From Bacteroidales bacterium (lineage in GTDB: Bacteria > Bacteroidota > Bacteroidia > Bacteroidales > UBA10428): a DNA stretch of 64,000 nt. Positions 27,636 through 37,388 of the stretch are shown here, in pieces. The first letter of the stretch is position 1. Each line of letters starts with the position of its first letter. The stretch lies in assembly GCA_035258345.1 (NCBI GenBank), contig DATEVU010000105.1, forward strand, positions 4,689 through 68,688, in the 5' to 3' direction. The notes beneath the pieces were generated by a model that worked only from the letters and a program-made list of their open reading frames with translations, was not told where the DNA came from and did not search any database. The position numbers and the translations under genes were made by a program.

Positions 27636-29786
27636 ATGCAGTTATTACCAATCCTCAGAAAAAGTCCTTTTGGCCGCTTGCTTTTCTTTTATGCTTCGGG
27701 TATATCTTCGGCAAATATTTTTATACCTGATGAAGGCTTTGTGCGTGCAATAATAACAGGTATCCCTGTTTTATTCATGGCCTTGCTTATTGCCGTCCGT
27801 TTCCTGATAAGTTACCGCACTATGTGGTTGAACGGATTGCTGGCTGCGTTCATCCTATGTTTAGCCGGTTTACTGAATATGAGTACGCAAATACTCTCCG
27901 GAAAGCGGTTAATGGACTTTGATAACAAAGCTGGCACCTACCTGATGATCATTGAGGATCAACCTGAGGTTAAGGAAAGAACATACAAAGTTACTGCCCG
28001 GGTCATTGGTTTTAAAAATGCGGAAGACTGGGAAAAGGCAGGGTTCAGGGTACTGCTGTATATTCAGAAGGACTCATCCGCTGCAGCACTTAAAACAGGA
28101 TCCGGGATAATTGCTGAAACCCTGCTTAAAAGGAATCCGGTTCCTGGTAATCCTGAGGAGTTCAATTATTGTAAGTACCTTGCTAACAAGGGGATATTTC
28201 TGCAGGGTTATATCAGTTCCCAAAGCTGGATGCCTGGTGACTACGGAAATAGGATGAAACTCAGGTCAACTGCTTACCGGATGCGCGACAACCTGATGAA
28301 AAGCTATGCCAAACTGGACCTGGCTAAGCCTGAAACCGGCCTTCTTTCTGCTATTACACTGGGTTACCGGAACGACATTGATGCCCACACAAAGCAAATT
28401 TTTACACAGGCTGGTGTAATGCATGTTATGGCGTTGTCAGGGTTCAACGTGGGTATCATTGCCATATTGCTGGGCTTTGTATTGGGAATTTTTAATATTT
28501 CCAGGGCTGGAAGGGTATCAAAGACGATTATTATTATCGCCGCGCTTTGGTTGTTTGCGCTGATTACCGGACTTTCTCCTTCGGTGACCCGCGCCACGGT
28601 CATGATCTCATTTGTTTTAGCCGGGAAAGTGATGCAAAGACAAATCAACACCTATAATATTTTGTTTGCTTCGGCTTTTGTGCTTCTGGCATTTTCACCA
28701 GGTATGCTTAACGACGTTAGTTTTCAGTTATCCTTTGCGGCTGTAATAGGAATAATCGGTTTACATCCGCTATTATACCGTTCAATGACTTTCCGCCATA
28801 AGGCGGTTGACCTTATCTGGAAGCTTTTTACGGTTTCATGTGCAGCCCAGCTTTCGACCATGCCGCTTACCCTCTATTATTTTCATCAGTTTCCGGTTTA
28901 TTTCTGGATCACCAACTTGTATGTAGTGCCGATGGTATCCCTTATTATTTGTGTAGCCGGTGCTTACCTGCTTCTTTCTTTTGTCAGTCCCCTGGGTTTA
29001 GCCCTGGGAAAGGTTCTTGCAATTTTGGTGAAGGCACTTATGATTTCGGTTGGGGTGATTGAGGAAATGCCGTATTCACTGCTTGACAGCATATATATCA
29101 ATCCGTTACAGGTCTTTTTATTGTTTTTCGCGATACTTTTTCTGGGTTTATTCCTTTTTTCACGCAGGACCAACATGCTGCTCGCAGCACTTTCCATAAT
29201 TGTTTTATTCCAGCTTGTGCAGGTTGGTCATAATTTTCACATATTTCAACAGCGAATCTTTATCGTGGGAAACGTACGGGGTGAATCGGTGTTGCAATTG
29301 ATCGCTGGCAGGAATGGAAGACTGGTGACCGGCTCGGCATCGGATCTGACCGCATCTGATCTGACTTACTCATTCCGGAATTTCTGGATCTCCCGCGGTG
29401 TGAACAGGTTGTATCATCTGCCGGTACCGGGTGAAAGGAATTTGGTGAAAAGCTTTCCGATGGAAGATCTCCGGATTGAACACTCCTGGCCTGGCGCCAA
29501 TATGCTTTTTGAATTTGCAGGGAAACGAATTATTTTTTTGCAGGATAACCGGTTTTATGATTTTAACCCTGAATTCCGGTTGCGGTCCGATGTGACAGTG
29601 GTTTCGGGGATACTGAGACCCGATATGGAAAAATTGGGTAAGCTCCTTGATACGGGCTTGCTCGTGGTGGATTCTTCCGCAAGCAAATACAAAGCCGGAA
29701 TGTGGAAGAAAATGTGCTCGGGTATGGGAATACAATGCTGGATTGTATCAGAACAGGGGGCATTTCTGCTTGATGCAGGAGTTTAA
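27636..29786 (+). CDS. comEC: ComEC/Rec2 family competence membrane protein
   Basis: 716 aa with an N-terminal OB-like/DUF4131-like part, then the multi-TM competence domain (GVMHVMALSGFNVGII, SPSVTRATVM, SFQLSFAAV). Confidence 0.8.
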   Translation: MQLLPILRKSPFGRLLFFYASGISSANIFIPDEGFVRAIITGIPVLFMALLIAVRFLISYRTMWLNGLLAAFILCLAGLLNMSTQILSGKRLMDFDNKAGTYLMIIEDQPEVKERTYKVTARVIGFKNAEDWEKAGFRVLLYIQKDSSAAALKTGSGIIAETLLKRNPVPGNPEEFNYCKYLANKGIFLQGYISSQSWMPGDYGNRMKLRSTAYRMRDNLMKSYAKLDLAKPETGLLSAITLGYRNDIDAHTKQIFTQAGVMHVMALSGFNVGIIAILLGFVLGIFNISRAGRVSKTIIIIAALWLFALITGLSPSVTRATVMISFVLAGKVMQRQINTYNILFASAFVLLAFSPGMLNDVSFQLSFAAVIGIIGLHPLLYRSMTFRHKAVDLIWKLFTVSCAAQLSTMPLTLYYFHQFPVYFWITNLYVVPMVSLIICVAGAYLLLSFVSPLGLALGKVLAILVKALMISVGVIEEMPYSLLDSIYINPLQVFLLFFAILFLGLFLFSRRTNMLLAALSIIVLFQLVQVGHNFHIFQQRIFIVGNVRGESVLQLIAGRNGRLVTGSASDLTASDLTYSFRNFWISRGVNRLYHLPVPGERNLVKSFPMEDLRIEHSWPGANMLFEFAGKRIIFLQDNRFYDFNPEFRLRSDVTVVSGILRPDMEKLGKLLDTGLLVVDSSASKYKAGMWKKMCSGMGIQCWIVSEQGAFLLDAGV

Positions 29787-29796
29787 TTTCCGGAAG

Positions 29797-30411
29797 TTAA
29801 ATGTCCAACTCACCAATACCCTGCCTGATCACCACGGGGAGTTCACCTGTGCAGTCAATTACAGTAGACGGTACATTGTTGCCATAACCACCGTGTATTA
29901 CAGCATCCACGCGGTTGTGGTAGTGGTCATAGATGAGATCCGGATCAGTGGTATAGTCCAGTACGGTGTCTTCGTCGTGTATGGAAGTGGTCAATACTGC
30001 ATTACCCAACTCCCGCACAATCTCCATGATGATCTTATTGTCAGGGATGCGTATGCCGATGGTCTTTTTCTTGTTCCGGAATATTCGGGGAACATTGCTG
30101 CTTGCTGGAAGAATAAATGTATATGGGCCTGGAAGGTATTGTTTCATTAACTTGAAAGTGGAATTGCTCAGATGCCGGGCATAATCGGATAACTGACTCA
30201 TATTATGGCAAATAAAAGAAAAATTTGCTTTTTCAAGGTTGATGCCTTTCAGACGTGCGACCCGCTCAGCTGCCTTGTGGTTAAATACATCACACCCCAG
30301 GCCATACACAGTGTCGGTTGGGAAAATGATCACCCCGCCATTTCTGAGGATTTCAACGGCTTTTTGTACTTGTCTCTGACCGGGTGTCTCCGGATGAATT
30401 TTTAGCAACAT
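29797..30411 (-). CDS. tsaC: L-threonylcarbamoyladenylate synthase (YrdC/TsaC type)
   Basis: YrdC-domain signature GGVIIFPTDTVYGLGCD and a C-terminal STVID segment. Start set at ATG 30411 because a -7 box lies inside the longer ORF. Confidence 0.85.
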   Translation of the reverse strand: MLLKIHPETPGQRQVQKAVEILRNGGVIIFPTDTVYGLGCDVFNHKAAERVARLKGINLEKANFSFICHNMSQLSDYARHLSNSTFKLMKQYLPGPYTFILPASSNVPRIFRNKKKTIGIRIPDNKIIMEIVRELGNAVLTTSIHDEDTVLDYTTDPDLIYDHYHNRVDAVIHGGYGNNVPSTVIDCTGELPVVIRQGIGELDI

Positions 30412-30436
30412 GCAGAATGGAGCGATGATTGGGCAG

Positions 30437-30444
30437 CAAAGATA
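30437..30444 (-). promoter_or_regulatory. -7 promoter box TATCTTTG (minus strand) for tsaC
   Basis: The plus strand reads CAAAGATA, 26 nt upstream of ATG 30411. A TTTG from the adjacent heptamer array sits 18 nt further upstream, which is -33 spacing. Confidence 0.45.
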
Positions 30445-30450
30445 TATATA

Positions 30451-30485
30451 AACCTCAAACCTCAAACCCCAAACCCCAAACCTTA
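30451..30485. repeat. Heptanucleotide tandem array, 5 units (telomere-like)
   Basis: The plus strand reads AACCTCA AACCTCA AACCCCA AACCCCA AACCTTA. The minus (sense) strand reads TAAGGTTTGGGGTTTGGGGTTTGAGGTTTGAGGTT. The first unit contains the stop codon of the upstream gene. Confidence 0.8.
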
Positions 30486-31448
30486 ATAATACTCATATCT
30501 ATACCTTGTAAGCACCCTGTACCTGGTGCCCGGATACCAGGTATCCGCAGTGGTACATATCCCCCTGTCATCCCAGGTGTAGGTTATGCTGTTGTAATCC
30601 TCATTTCCTCTTCTGCGCCATTTTATTTCCACCAGGTTTCCTTTTGCATCATAGGCAAAGGTCTTCTTGACAAATTTGGGATTTCCGGCGCTTTCCTCGA
30701 TGATTTCCACGAGGTTACCGGCAGGGTTGTAATTATACACGGTTTTCAGGGTCACCTTGTCAAGCTTGAATTTGGATTCCTCCTTCAGATTTTTCTTATC
30801 GTCGTAATGATAGGTCTTCTTCTCAAGTTCACTCTGATTTATTCCATAAACGGTTTCTTCAATAAGATTTTCCCTGAAGTCATATTTCATAAGCAGTTTT
30901 GAGGTTAAGGTTCCGGCAGCATTGTAGATGGAAACAGTTGTTGTTGTTCCGTCACGGGAGAAAAGCCTTTTTTCCTGCAACACATTGTTTTTCATATAGC
31001 GTATATCGGTCATGATACCTCTTGCATCATAACCATAGAGGTTCTTAAAGTTCTCAACACCGTCAAACCCGCTTTCTTCAATAACCAGCTTTTTATCGTT
31101 GTATTTCGAAATCTTCTGGTAGGCTGCTTTTTCCTCGTTACCTCCGGTATACCGGGTGTATTCCGTTCTGTTTCCCCCGGGATCGTACGCGTATTTTTCA
31201 ATATGGAGCACCTGTCCCTTTGCATTGAAGGTTGTCACCCGGATCACATCCCCGGATACGGTATAAGTAGTCACGGATGTTTTTATACCATTTTTTTCGG
31301 GTTTATCGCCTGCATATTTATAATCCCAGCTGATCTGGTTTTTTACTTTATATCGCGCCAGATTGTCCCGGGTTCTTTTCTCATCGGCAGACTGGGAATA
31401 GGATTGATTAAAAGTAAATAAAACTAACAATAGCAATAAGGATCTCAT
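30483..31448 (-). CDS. Secreted YD-repeat-like protein
   Basis: Signal peptide MRSLLLLLVLFTFNQSYSQ from ATG 31448. Repeated YxYDxxGN motifs are present (YAYDPGGNRTEY, YGYDARGIMTDI, YHYDDKKNLKEE, YNYNPAGNLVEI, FAYDAKGNLVEI). No toxin-like tail. Confidence 0.6.
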   Translation of the reverse strand: MRSLLLLLVLFTFNQSYSQSADEKRTRDNLARYKVKNQISWDYKYAGDKPEKNGIKTSVTTYTVSGDVIRVTTFNAKGQVLHIEKYAYDPGGNRTEYTRYTGGNEEKAAYQKISKYNDKKLVIEESGFDGVENFKNLYGYDARGIMTDIRYMKNNVLQEKRLFSRDGTTTTVSIYNAAGTLTSKLLMKYDFRENLIEETVYGINQSELEKKTYHYDDKKNLKEESKFKLDKVTLKTVYNYNPAGNLVEIIEESAGNPKFVKKTFAYDAKGNLVEIKWRRRGNEDYNSITYTWDDRGICTTADTWYPGTRYRVLTRYRYEYY

Positions 31449-31577
31449 TTTCGTTTGGTATTGCTTCACAATAATCACGCCTAATTTATGTTCTGATATT
31501 TTTCTACCGTGTACGAACGGAATGTTCTAAGGTTTCAGATCACTCCGGATAATCGGATGTAACACCGGTATCCTGCA

Positions 31578-31611
31578 TTTGCAAATTGGAATGCAGAAAA
31601 GATTAATTTTG
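31578..31611 (+). promoter_or_regulatory. Candidate promoter: -33 TTTG plus -7 TAATTTTG
   Basis: TTTG at 31578-31581 and TAATTTTG at 31604-31611, 22 nt apart. The ATG at 31631 follows 20 nt later. Confidence 0.5.
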
Positions 31612-31630
31612 CAGCCTTAAATCATGTTAC

Positions 31631-33604
31631 ATGAAGTTAGCAAGATGGATATCAAAAAAGCAATTGGGGGTCCTCATCCTGATTGCCCTTTTCACATTAT
31701 TTGCGTTATTCCTGTCACTGCGCGGAATAGCTCTCCGGAAAGCAACTGATACCGTTTCAGCCAGGCTCAGGGAGCATCATTATATAGCCCATTTGGACGG
31801 GGCTGAATTCAGGTGGCTAAGGGTTGTTTTTTTCAGGGGAATATACATCCAGGATGAAAAAAATGAGAATGAGATTTACATTGATTCCCTGTCTGTTAAA
31901 ATACGGTTGCTACCACTGGTCGCAAAGAATCTAAGGATTAGGAACCTGCGGTGTAAGAACATATCGGTAAGATTCAATGCAGATAGTCAGGTTGTTGTAG
32001 CGAAGATATCACAACCGGAAGATACTTCCAGCTTGGTTGACAGGTTACGGGGCCAGGATTTTGCAGATATTTCCTACCACCACATTCGCAGATTCTTCCG
32101 GCATGTACCCGCAAGGGTTGGTATTGACAAACTGGAAGCCCGGATATCTTATGCCGGCAAGACCACCCTCTTAGGCTTTCAGAAATTACAGATAGTCCGG
32201 GGAGAAATGAATGCAGGACTTTTCATGTCGGGCGATGGAAAACAGATCGTCCTTCCTGTATTAGGACGCTTCAACAAATCCTCTTCGGTAGTGGAAATTT
32301 ACATGACAAATCCGGACGGCGAATTATTTCCCCTGCCATTGTTCAAAGACCGGTTTGGAATTGAGGCCGGATTTGACTCCCTGGGTTTCAACCTGCACCT
32401 GGATGACCGCAACCGGCATTTGGTAAACATAGGAGGGGTTTTCAGTTATTCAGGCTTTGGGCTGCGGAGTGAAGGCTTGTCCAACCGCGATATTAAGGTT
32501 GATCATTTCAGATCGTCGTTCCTGGTTCATATTGGTCAGGATTATGTTGAATTTGACAGCGTTACGCGGGTAGAATTAAACCGCATTCCCATGCAGTCCT
32601 ATCTCCGGTTTTCACTGAAGGATGATCCGGTTTTGGTATTCAAGATCCTGCCGGCAACCTGGGATGCCGGTGATTTTTTCAATTCACTGCCTGAAGGAAT
32701 GTTTACGAGCCTTATAGGATTTAAGGCCCACGGCAGTCTCAATTATTATCTTTCTTTTTCAGCCAATTTCAGCAAACCCGACAGTCTTAGATTTGACACC
32801 CGGCTCACAGCAAATGATTTCGAAATTCTTCAATACGGAATTGACGATTACCGGATGATTAACGGGAGTTTTAACCACCAGGTATATGAACGCGGAAAAT
32901 TAAAAACAACATTTTTGGTGGGCCCCGGGAATCCTGATTTCGTCCCGTATGATAAAATATCACCCATGGTGCGTGCTGCGGTAATGACATCGGAAGATGG
33001 AAGTTTTTTCCACCACAATGGGTTCAATCCCGGAGCATTCCAGGAATCTATCGTAACCAATATAAAGGAAAACCGCTTTGCCCGTGGTGGCAGCACCATT
33101 TCGATGCAACTCGTAAAGAATGTTTTTCTCACCCGGAATAAAAACATAGCCCGAAAGATCGAAGAAGCACTGATTGTATGGCTGATTGAAAACGAGAACC
33201 TGGTGCCGAAGCAACGGATGTACGAGGTTTACCTGAACATTATTGAATGGGGGCCCGGAATATATGGAATAAATCAGGCAAGCCGGTTTTATTTTGACAA
33301 AGTACCCATGGAGCTCAACCTGCTGGAAAGTGTTTACCTTGCCAGCATAGTTCCTCATCCCAAATGGTACAGGTATTCATTTGAAAGCAATGGCGTGCTG
33401 AGGCCTTTTTTTGGAAATTACCTGAAGAGAATGGAAGAAATTATGTTGCGCAGGAATCTTATGGAACCCGGTGATACTGCAGGAGTTTTGCCGAATGTAT
33501 TTCTGACAGGCCCGGCCGCAAATATATTTTCTTCTCCGGATTCTGCCGTAACAGATACCCTTACACTTAAAGAACTGGAAATATTGCCCGCAGTTGTTGA
33601 ATGA
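31631..33604 (+). CDS. Monofunctional peptidoglycan glycosyltransferase (GT51) with a long N-terminal extension
   Basis: GT51 motifs EDGSFFHHNGFN, RGGSTISMQLVKN and RKIEEALI lie in the C-terminal third. There is an N-terminal TM anchor and a ~430-aa domain of unknown function. No transpeptidase module. Confidence 0.85.
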   Translation: MKLARWISKKQLGVLILIALFTLFALFLSLRGIALRKATDTVSARLREHHYIAHLDGAEFRWLRVVFFRGIYIQDEKNENEIYIDSLSVKIRLLPLVAKNLRIRNLRCKNISVRFNADSQVVVAKISQPEDTSSLVDRLRGQDFADISYHHIRRFFRHVPARVGIDKLEARISYAGKTTLLGFQKLQIVRGEMNAGLFMSGDGKQIVLPVLGRFNKSSSVVEIYMTNPDGELFPLPLFKDRFGIEAGFDSLGFNLHLDDRNRHLVNIGGVFSYSGFGLRSEGLSNRDIKVDHFRSSFLVHIGQDYVEFDSVTRVELNRIPMQSYLRFSLKDDPVLVFKILPATWDAGDFFNSLPEGMFTSLIGFKAHGSLNYYLSFSANFSKPDSLRFDTRLTANDFEILQYGIDDYRMINGSFNHQVYERGKLKTTFLVGPGNPDFVPYDKISPMVRAAVMTSEDGSFFHHNGFNPGAFQESIVTNIKENRFARGGSTISMQLVKNVFLTRNKNIARKIEEALIVWLIENENLVPKQRMYEVYLNIIEWGPGIYGINQASRFYFDKVPMELNLLESVYLASIVPHPKWYRYSFESNGVLRPFFGNYLKRMEEIMLRRNLMEPGDTAGVLPNVFLTGPAANIFSSPDSAVTDTLTLKELEILPAVVE

Positions 33605-33695
33605 AGATGTATTCATTGCATGGTTTGATCATTTTTTCTGAATTTGTGTTATAATAGCACAAAATTCGTTATTTTGTATTTAAAACAATAAAGCC

Positions 33696-35969
33696 ATGGT
33701 ATTTGATATCGACCTGATCCGGCAGGTATATGTGGGATTTGCAAGTCGCATTGACGCAGCAAGAAGCATTTTGAATCATCCGCTTACACTTACTGAAAAG
33801 GTTCTTTATGCTCACCTTGAGGAGGGTGGAATCCGAAAGGCTTATTTGAGAGGCACGGATTATGCTAACTTTTTACCCGACCGTGTTGCTATGCAGGATG
33901 CCACTGCCCAGATGGCATTGCTGCAGTTTATGCAGGCAGGCAGTATGAAAGCAGCAGTGCCAACTACCGTACATTGTGATCATCTGATACAGGCAAAAGC
34001 AGGAGCTATGGTAGATCTTGAAACTGCCCGGGTAACAAACCGGGAAGTATATGACTTTTTAGCGTCGGTATCCGGCAAATACGGGATAGGATTTTGGAAA
34101 CCAGGGGCAGGTATTATCCATCAGGTGTTGCTCGAGAATTATGTTTTTCCCGGTGGCATGATAATAGGCACTGATTCACATACCGTGAATGGCGGCGGGC
34201 TTGGTATGATCGCTATCGGCGTTGGCGGGGCAGATGCCTGTGATGTTATGGCCGGATTACCTTGGGAAATGAGATTCCCTAAGCTTATAGGTGTAAAACT
34301 AACCGGAAGGCTTACCGGTTGGGCATCGGCCAAAGATGTTATCCTGAAGGTATCCGGAATTTTAACTGTAAAAGGAGGGACAGGATGTATTCTGGAGTAT
34401 TTCGGTGATGGAGCCGAAACCATTTCTTGCACAGGCAAGGGAACCATTTGCAACATGGGTGCGGAAATCGGGGCAACCACTTCAATATTTGGCTACGATG
34501 CCAGGATGGATGAATATCTCCGGGGAACAGGCCGTTCAACTGTGGCTGACATGGCCGCCGGTATTCAGCCTTATCTTACTGCGGATGAAGATGTATATCA
34601 GAATCCGGAGCGATATTTCGACCAGCTGATCGAAATTAACCTTTCGGAACTGGAACCCCATATTAACGGACCCTTTACCCCCGATCTTGCTACTCCTGTT
34701 TCGCGGTTTGCGCAAAAAGTCAGGGAAAATGCCTGGCCCGAAAAGCTCGAAGTGGGTCTTATCGGTTCCTGCACCAATTCCTCATACGAAGATCTTACCA
34801 GGGCCGCTTCGGTAGCCAGGCAGGCCATTACGAAAAAACTCAGGGTCAGATCCGAATTTACAATTACCCCGGGATCTGAACAGGTACGATATACTGCAGA
34901 ACGTGATGGTATACTGGATACTTTCGGCGAGATGGGAGGCCTGGTACTTGCCAATGCATGCGGTCCCTGTATTGGCCAGTGGGCAAGGCACGGCTCCGAC
35001 AAGCAGGAAAAAAATTCAATCATGACATCCTTTAACCGTAACTTTGCCAAACGTAATGATGGAAATCCCAATACCCATGGTTTTGTTGCTTCGCCTGAAA
35101 TTGTCACAGCCTTTTCAATTGCCGGAACTCTTTTGTTCAATCCGCTTACCGACACCTTGATCAATGAAGCAGGAGAGCAGGTTAAGCTCGATGAACCACA
35201 GGGAATTGAAATGCCTCCTCTCGGATTTGACGTCGCGGATAACGGATACCAGCAACCAGCCGAAGACGGCAGCAATATCGAAGTTGTGGTCAACCGGGAT
35301 AGTGTCAGATTGCAGCTTCTTAAGCCGTTTGATCCATGGAACGGGAAAGATATTATTAACCTGCGACTATTAATAAAAGCAAAAGGCAAGTGTACTACCG
35401 ACCATATCTCTATGGCCGGGCCCTGGCTCAAATACCGCGGTCACCTCGATAATATCTCCAACAACATGCTCATTGGCGCAGTGAATTATTTCAATGAAAA
35501 ATCCAATTCGGTTATGAACCATATCACCGGTAACTACGATGAAGTGCCAAAGACTGCCAGGATGTATAAGGCACAAGGCATTGGGACAATCGTAGTGGGT
35601 GACGAAAACTATGGTGAAGGATCATCCCGGGAACATGCTGCCATGGAGCCCAGATACCTGGGTGTTAAGGTTGTTCTGGTCCGCTCTTTTGCCCGGATCC
35701 ATGAAGCGAACCTGAAAAAGCAGGGAATGCTGGCAATTACATTTGCAGACAAATCCGATTATGACAGGATCTGCGAAGATGACCTGTTCGATATCAGTGG
35801 TCTGGAGTCTTTTTCTCCGGGCAAACCACTAATCGTAAAGCTCAGGCATTCCGATGGAACGGTTGAAGAATTCACAGCCAGTCACACCTATAATGAGAAC
35901 CAGATTGGCTGGTTCAAAGCCGGTTCAGCCCTGAATCTGATCAGACAATCCCAGCATGAACCTTATTAA
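33696..35969 (+). CDS. acnA: Aconitate hydratase (mitochondrial-type, ~750 aa)
   Basis: Fe-S ligand contexts [15 protein letters not shown] and [10 protein letters not shown]. The 757-aa length matches the short mitochondrial-like form known from Bacteroides. Confidence 0.93.
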   Translation: MVFDIDLIRQVYVGFASRIDAARSILNHPLTLTEKVLYAHLEEGGIRKAYLRGTDYANFLPDRVAMQDATAQMALLQFMQAGSMKAAVPTTVHCDHLIQAKAGAMVDLETARVTNREVYDFLASVSGKYGIGFWKPGAGIIHQVLLENYVFPGGMIIGTDSHTVNGGGLGMIAIGVGGADACDVMAGLPWEMRFPKLIGVKLTGRLTGWASAKDVILKVSGILTVKGGTGCILEYFGDGAETISCTGKGTICNMGAEIGATTSIFGYDARMDEYLRGTGRSTVADMAAGIQPYLTADEDVYQNPERYFDQLIEINLSELEPHINGPFTPDLATPVSRFAQKVRENAWPEKLEVGLIGSCTNSSYEDLTRAASVARQAITKKLRVRSEFTITPGSEQVRYTAERDGILDTFGEMGGLVLANACGPCIGQWARHGSDKQEKNSIMTSFNRNFAKRNDGNPNTHGFVASPEIVTAFSIAGTLLFNPLTDTLINEAGEQVKLDEPQGIEMPPLGFDVADNGYQQPAEDGSNIEVVVNRDSVRLQLLKPFDPWNGKDIINLRLLIKAKGKCTTDHISMAGPWLKYRGHLDNISNNMLIGAVNYFNEKSNSVMNHITGNYDEVPKTARMYKAQGIGTIVVGDENYGEGSSREHAAMEPRYLGVKVVLVRSFARIHEANLKKQGMLAITFADKSDYDRICEDDLFDISGLESFSPGKPLIVKLRHSDGTVEEFTASHTYNENQIGWFKAGSALNLIRQSQHEPY

Positions 35970-37358
35970 TTGTCCGGGCACAAGTTTGACCTGGATTTTA
36001 TATCTTCGTTTAGTATTCATCTAACCGCCCTTAAAAACTTGAAAAACATATCTCAGTTACGACCCATTCCAAAGGGTGATAAAAAAACAATCCGTGCATG
36101 GGTCATGTATGACTGGTCCAATTCGGTTTATCAGCTCACCATAGGTTCAACCATATTCCCTATATATTATAATGCAATTACCCGCAACGGCAATGATTTT
36201 ACCGTGAATTTTTTTGGATTCAAAGCCATCAATACGGTGCTTTATTCCTGGTCAATTGCATTGTCGTACCTGATTATTGCACTTTTTTCTCCTTTGTTTT
36301 CATCAATTGCCGATTATACAGGTCGAAGAAAAACTTTCATGAAAGTATTTACCTGGATTGGAGCTATTTCCTGCGGAATGCTGTTCTTTTTCAATAAGAA
36401 TACCTTTGAACTGGGGCTGATCGCTTTCACCTTTGCTACCATAGGGTATGGGGGAAGCCTTGTATTCTATAACTCATTTCTGCCGGTAATTGCGGAACCC
36501 GGTGAACAGGACAGGATCAGTGCAAGGGGATATTCCATGGGTTACCTTGGAGGTGTCATTCTGTTGATAATTAATTTGATATTCGTACTTTTCCCGGATG
36601 TTTTCGGCATAACCGATGACACCTTTGCCCCGCGTCTTGCTTTCCTTACTGTATTCCTTTGGTGGATTGGCTTTTCACAGATTACCTTCCTCCGACTGCC
36701 CAAGTATACCTTCGGCAAACGGGTGAAAGGTGAAAAAAGGGTGATACTGAAAGGATATCAGGAACTGCGAACGGTTTTCAAACAGGTCCTTGGGATGAGC
36801 TTGTTGAAAATTTACCTGATGGGCTTTTTCTTTATGACCATGGGATTGCTAACCGTAATGTTTATGGCAGCGACTTATGGCACAAAAGAACTTGGACTGA
36901 GTGATAATATTCTTATTCCCACTATTTTACTGATCCAGCTTATCGGGATGTTCGGTGCCTGGCTGTTTGCCCGGATATCAGGCAGGATTGGAAATATAAG
37001 AGCGCTTATCAGTTCCATTATTGTCTGGATCTTTGTTATCGTGGCTGTATTTTACATCCATACTGCTACCGGTTTTATCATCGTGGCATGTTTTGTGGGA
37101 GTCGTCATGGGAGGTACCCAGGCCCTCGCCAGGTCCACTTATTCGAAGATGCTCCCTGAAACCCGGGATCACACATCCTTCTTCAGCTTTTATGATGTAA
37201 TGGAAAAGATAGCTACTGTGGGCGGAACTTTCAGTTTTGGGATCATCGAAGCATTAACAGGCAGCATGCGGTATTCCGTGCTGGCCATAACCGTTTTTTT
37301 CATTGTGGGTCTTGTATTTATGCTGATATTGCTTCGAAAACAGAGCCAGACAGTATAA
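35970..37358 (+). CDS. MFS transporter (UMF1/Atg22-like family)
   Basis: About 12 TM helices and the N-terminal motif AWVMYDWSNSVYQL. There is no in-frame ATG before this motif, so the start is TTG 35970 or, more likely, TTG 36039. Confidence 0.8.
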   Translation: MSGHKFDLDFISSFSIHLTALKNLKNISQLRPIPKGDKKTIRAWVMYDWSNSVYQLTIGSTIFPIYYNAITRNGNDFTVNFFGFKAINTVLYSWSIALSYLIIALFSPLFSSIADYTGRRKTFMKVFTWIGAISCGMLFFFNKNTFELGLIAFTFATIGYGGSLVFYNSFLPVIAEPGEQDRISARGYSMGYLGGVILLIINLIFVLFPDVFGITDDTFAPRLAFLTVFLWWIGFSQITFLRLPKYTFGKRVKGEKRVILKGYQELRTVFKQVLGMSLLKIYLMGFFFMTMGLLTVMFMAATYGTKELGLSDNILIPTILLIQLIGMFGAWLFARISGRIGNIRALISSIIVWIFVIVAVFYIHTATGFIIVACFVGVVMGGTQALARSTYSKMLPETRDHTSFFSFYDVMEKIATVGGTFSFGIIEALTGSMRYSVLAITVFFIVGLVFMLILLRKQSQTV

Positions 37359-37388
37359 TTTCACTGTCATTACCGGGTTGATTTTCCT

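Noticed and set aside
34598-35431. 277-aa ORF antisense to the aconitase gene
   Set aside because: It lies entirely within a strongly supported CDS on the other strand and has a Ser/Pro/Gly-rich composition typical of antisense frames. The same reasoning applies to 23245-23919 and 23592-24098 (antisense to nifJ), 50014-50526 (antisense to ilvD) and 20839-21297 (antisense to rho).
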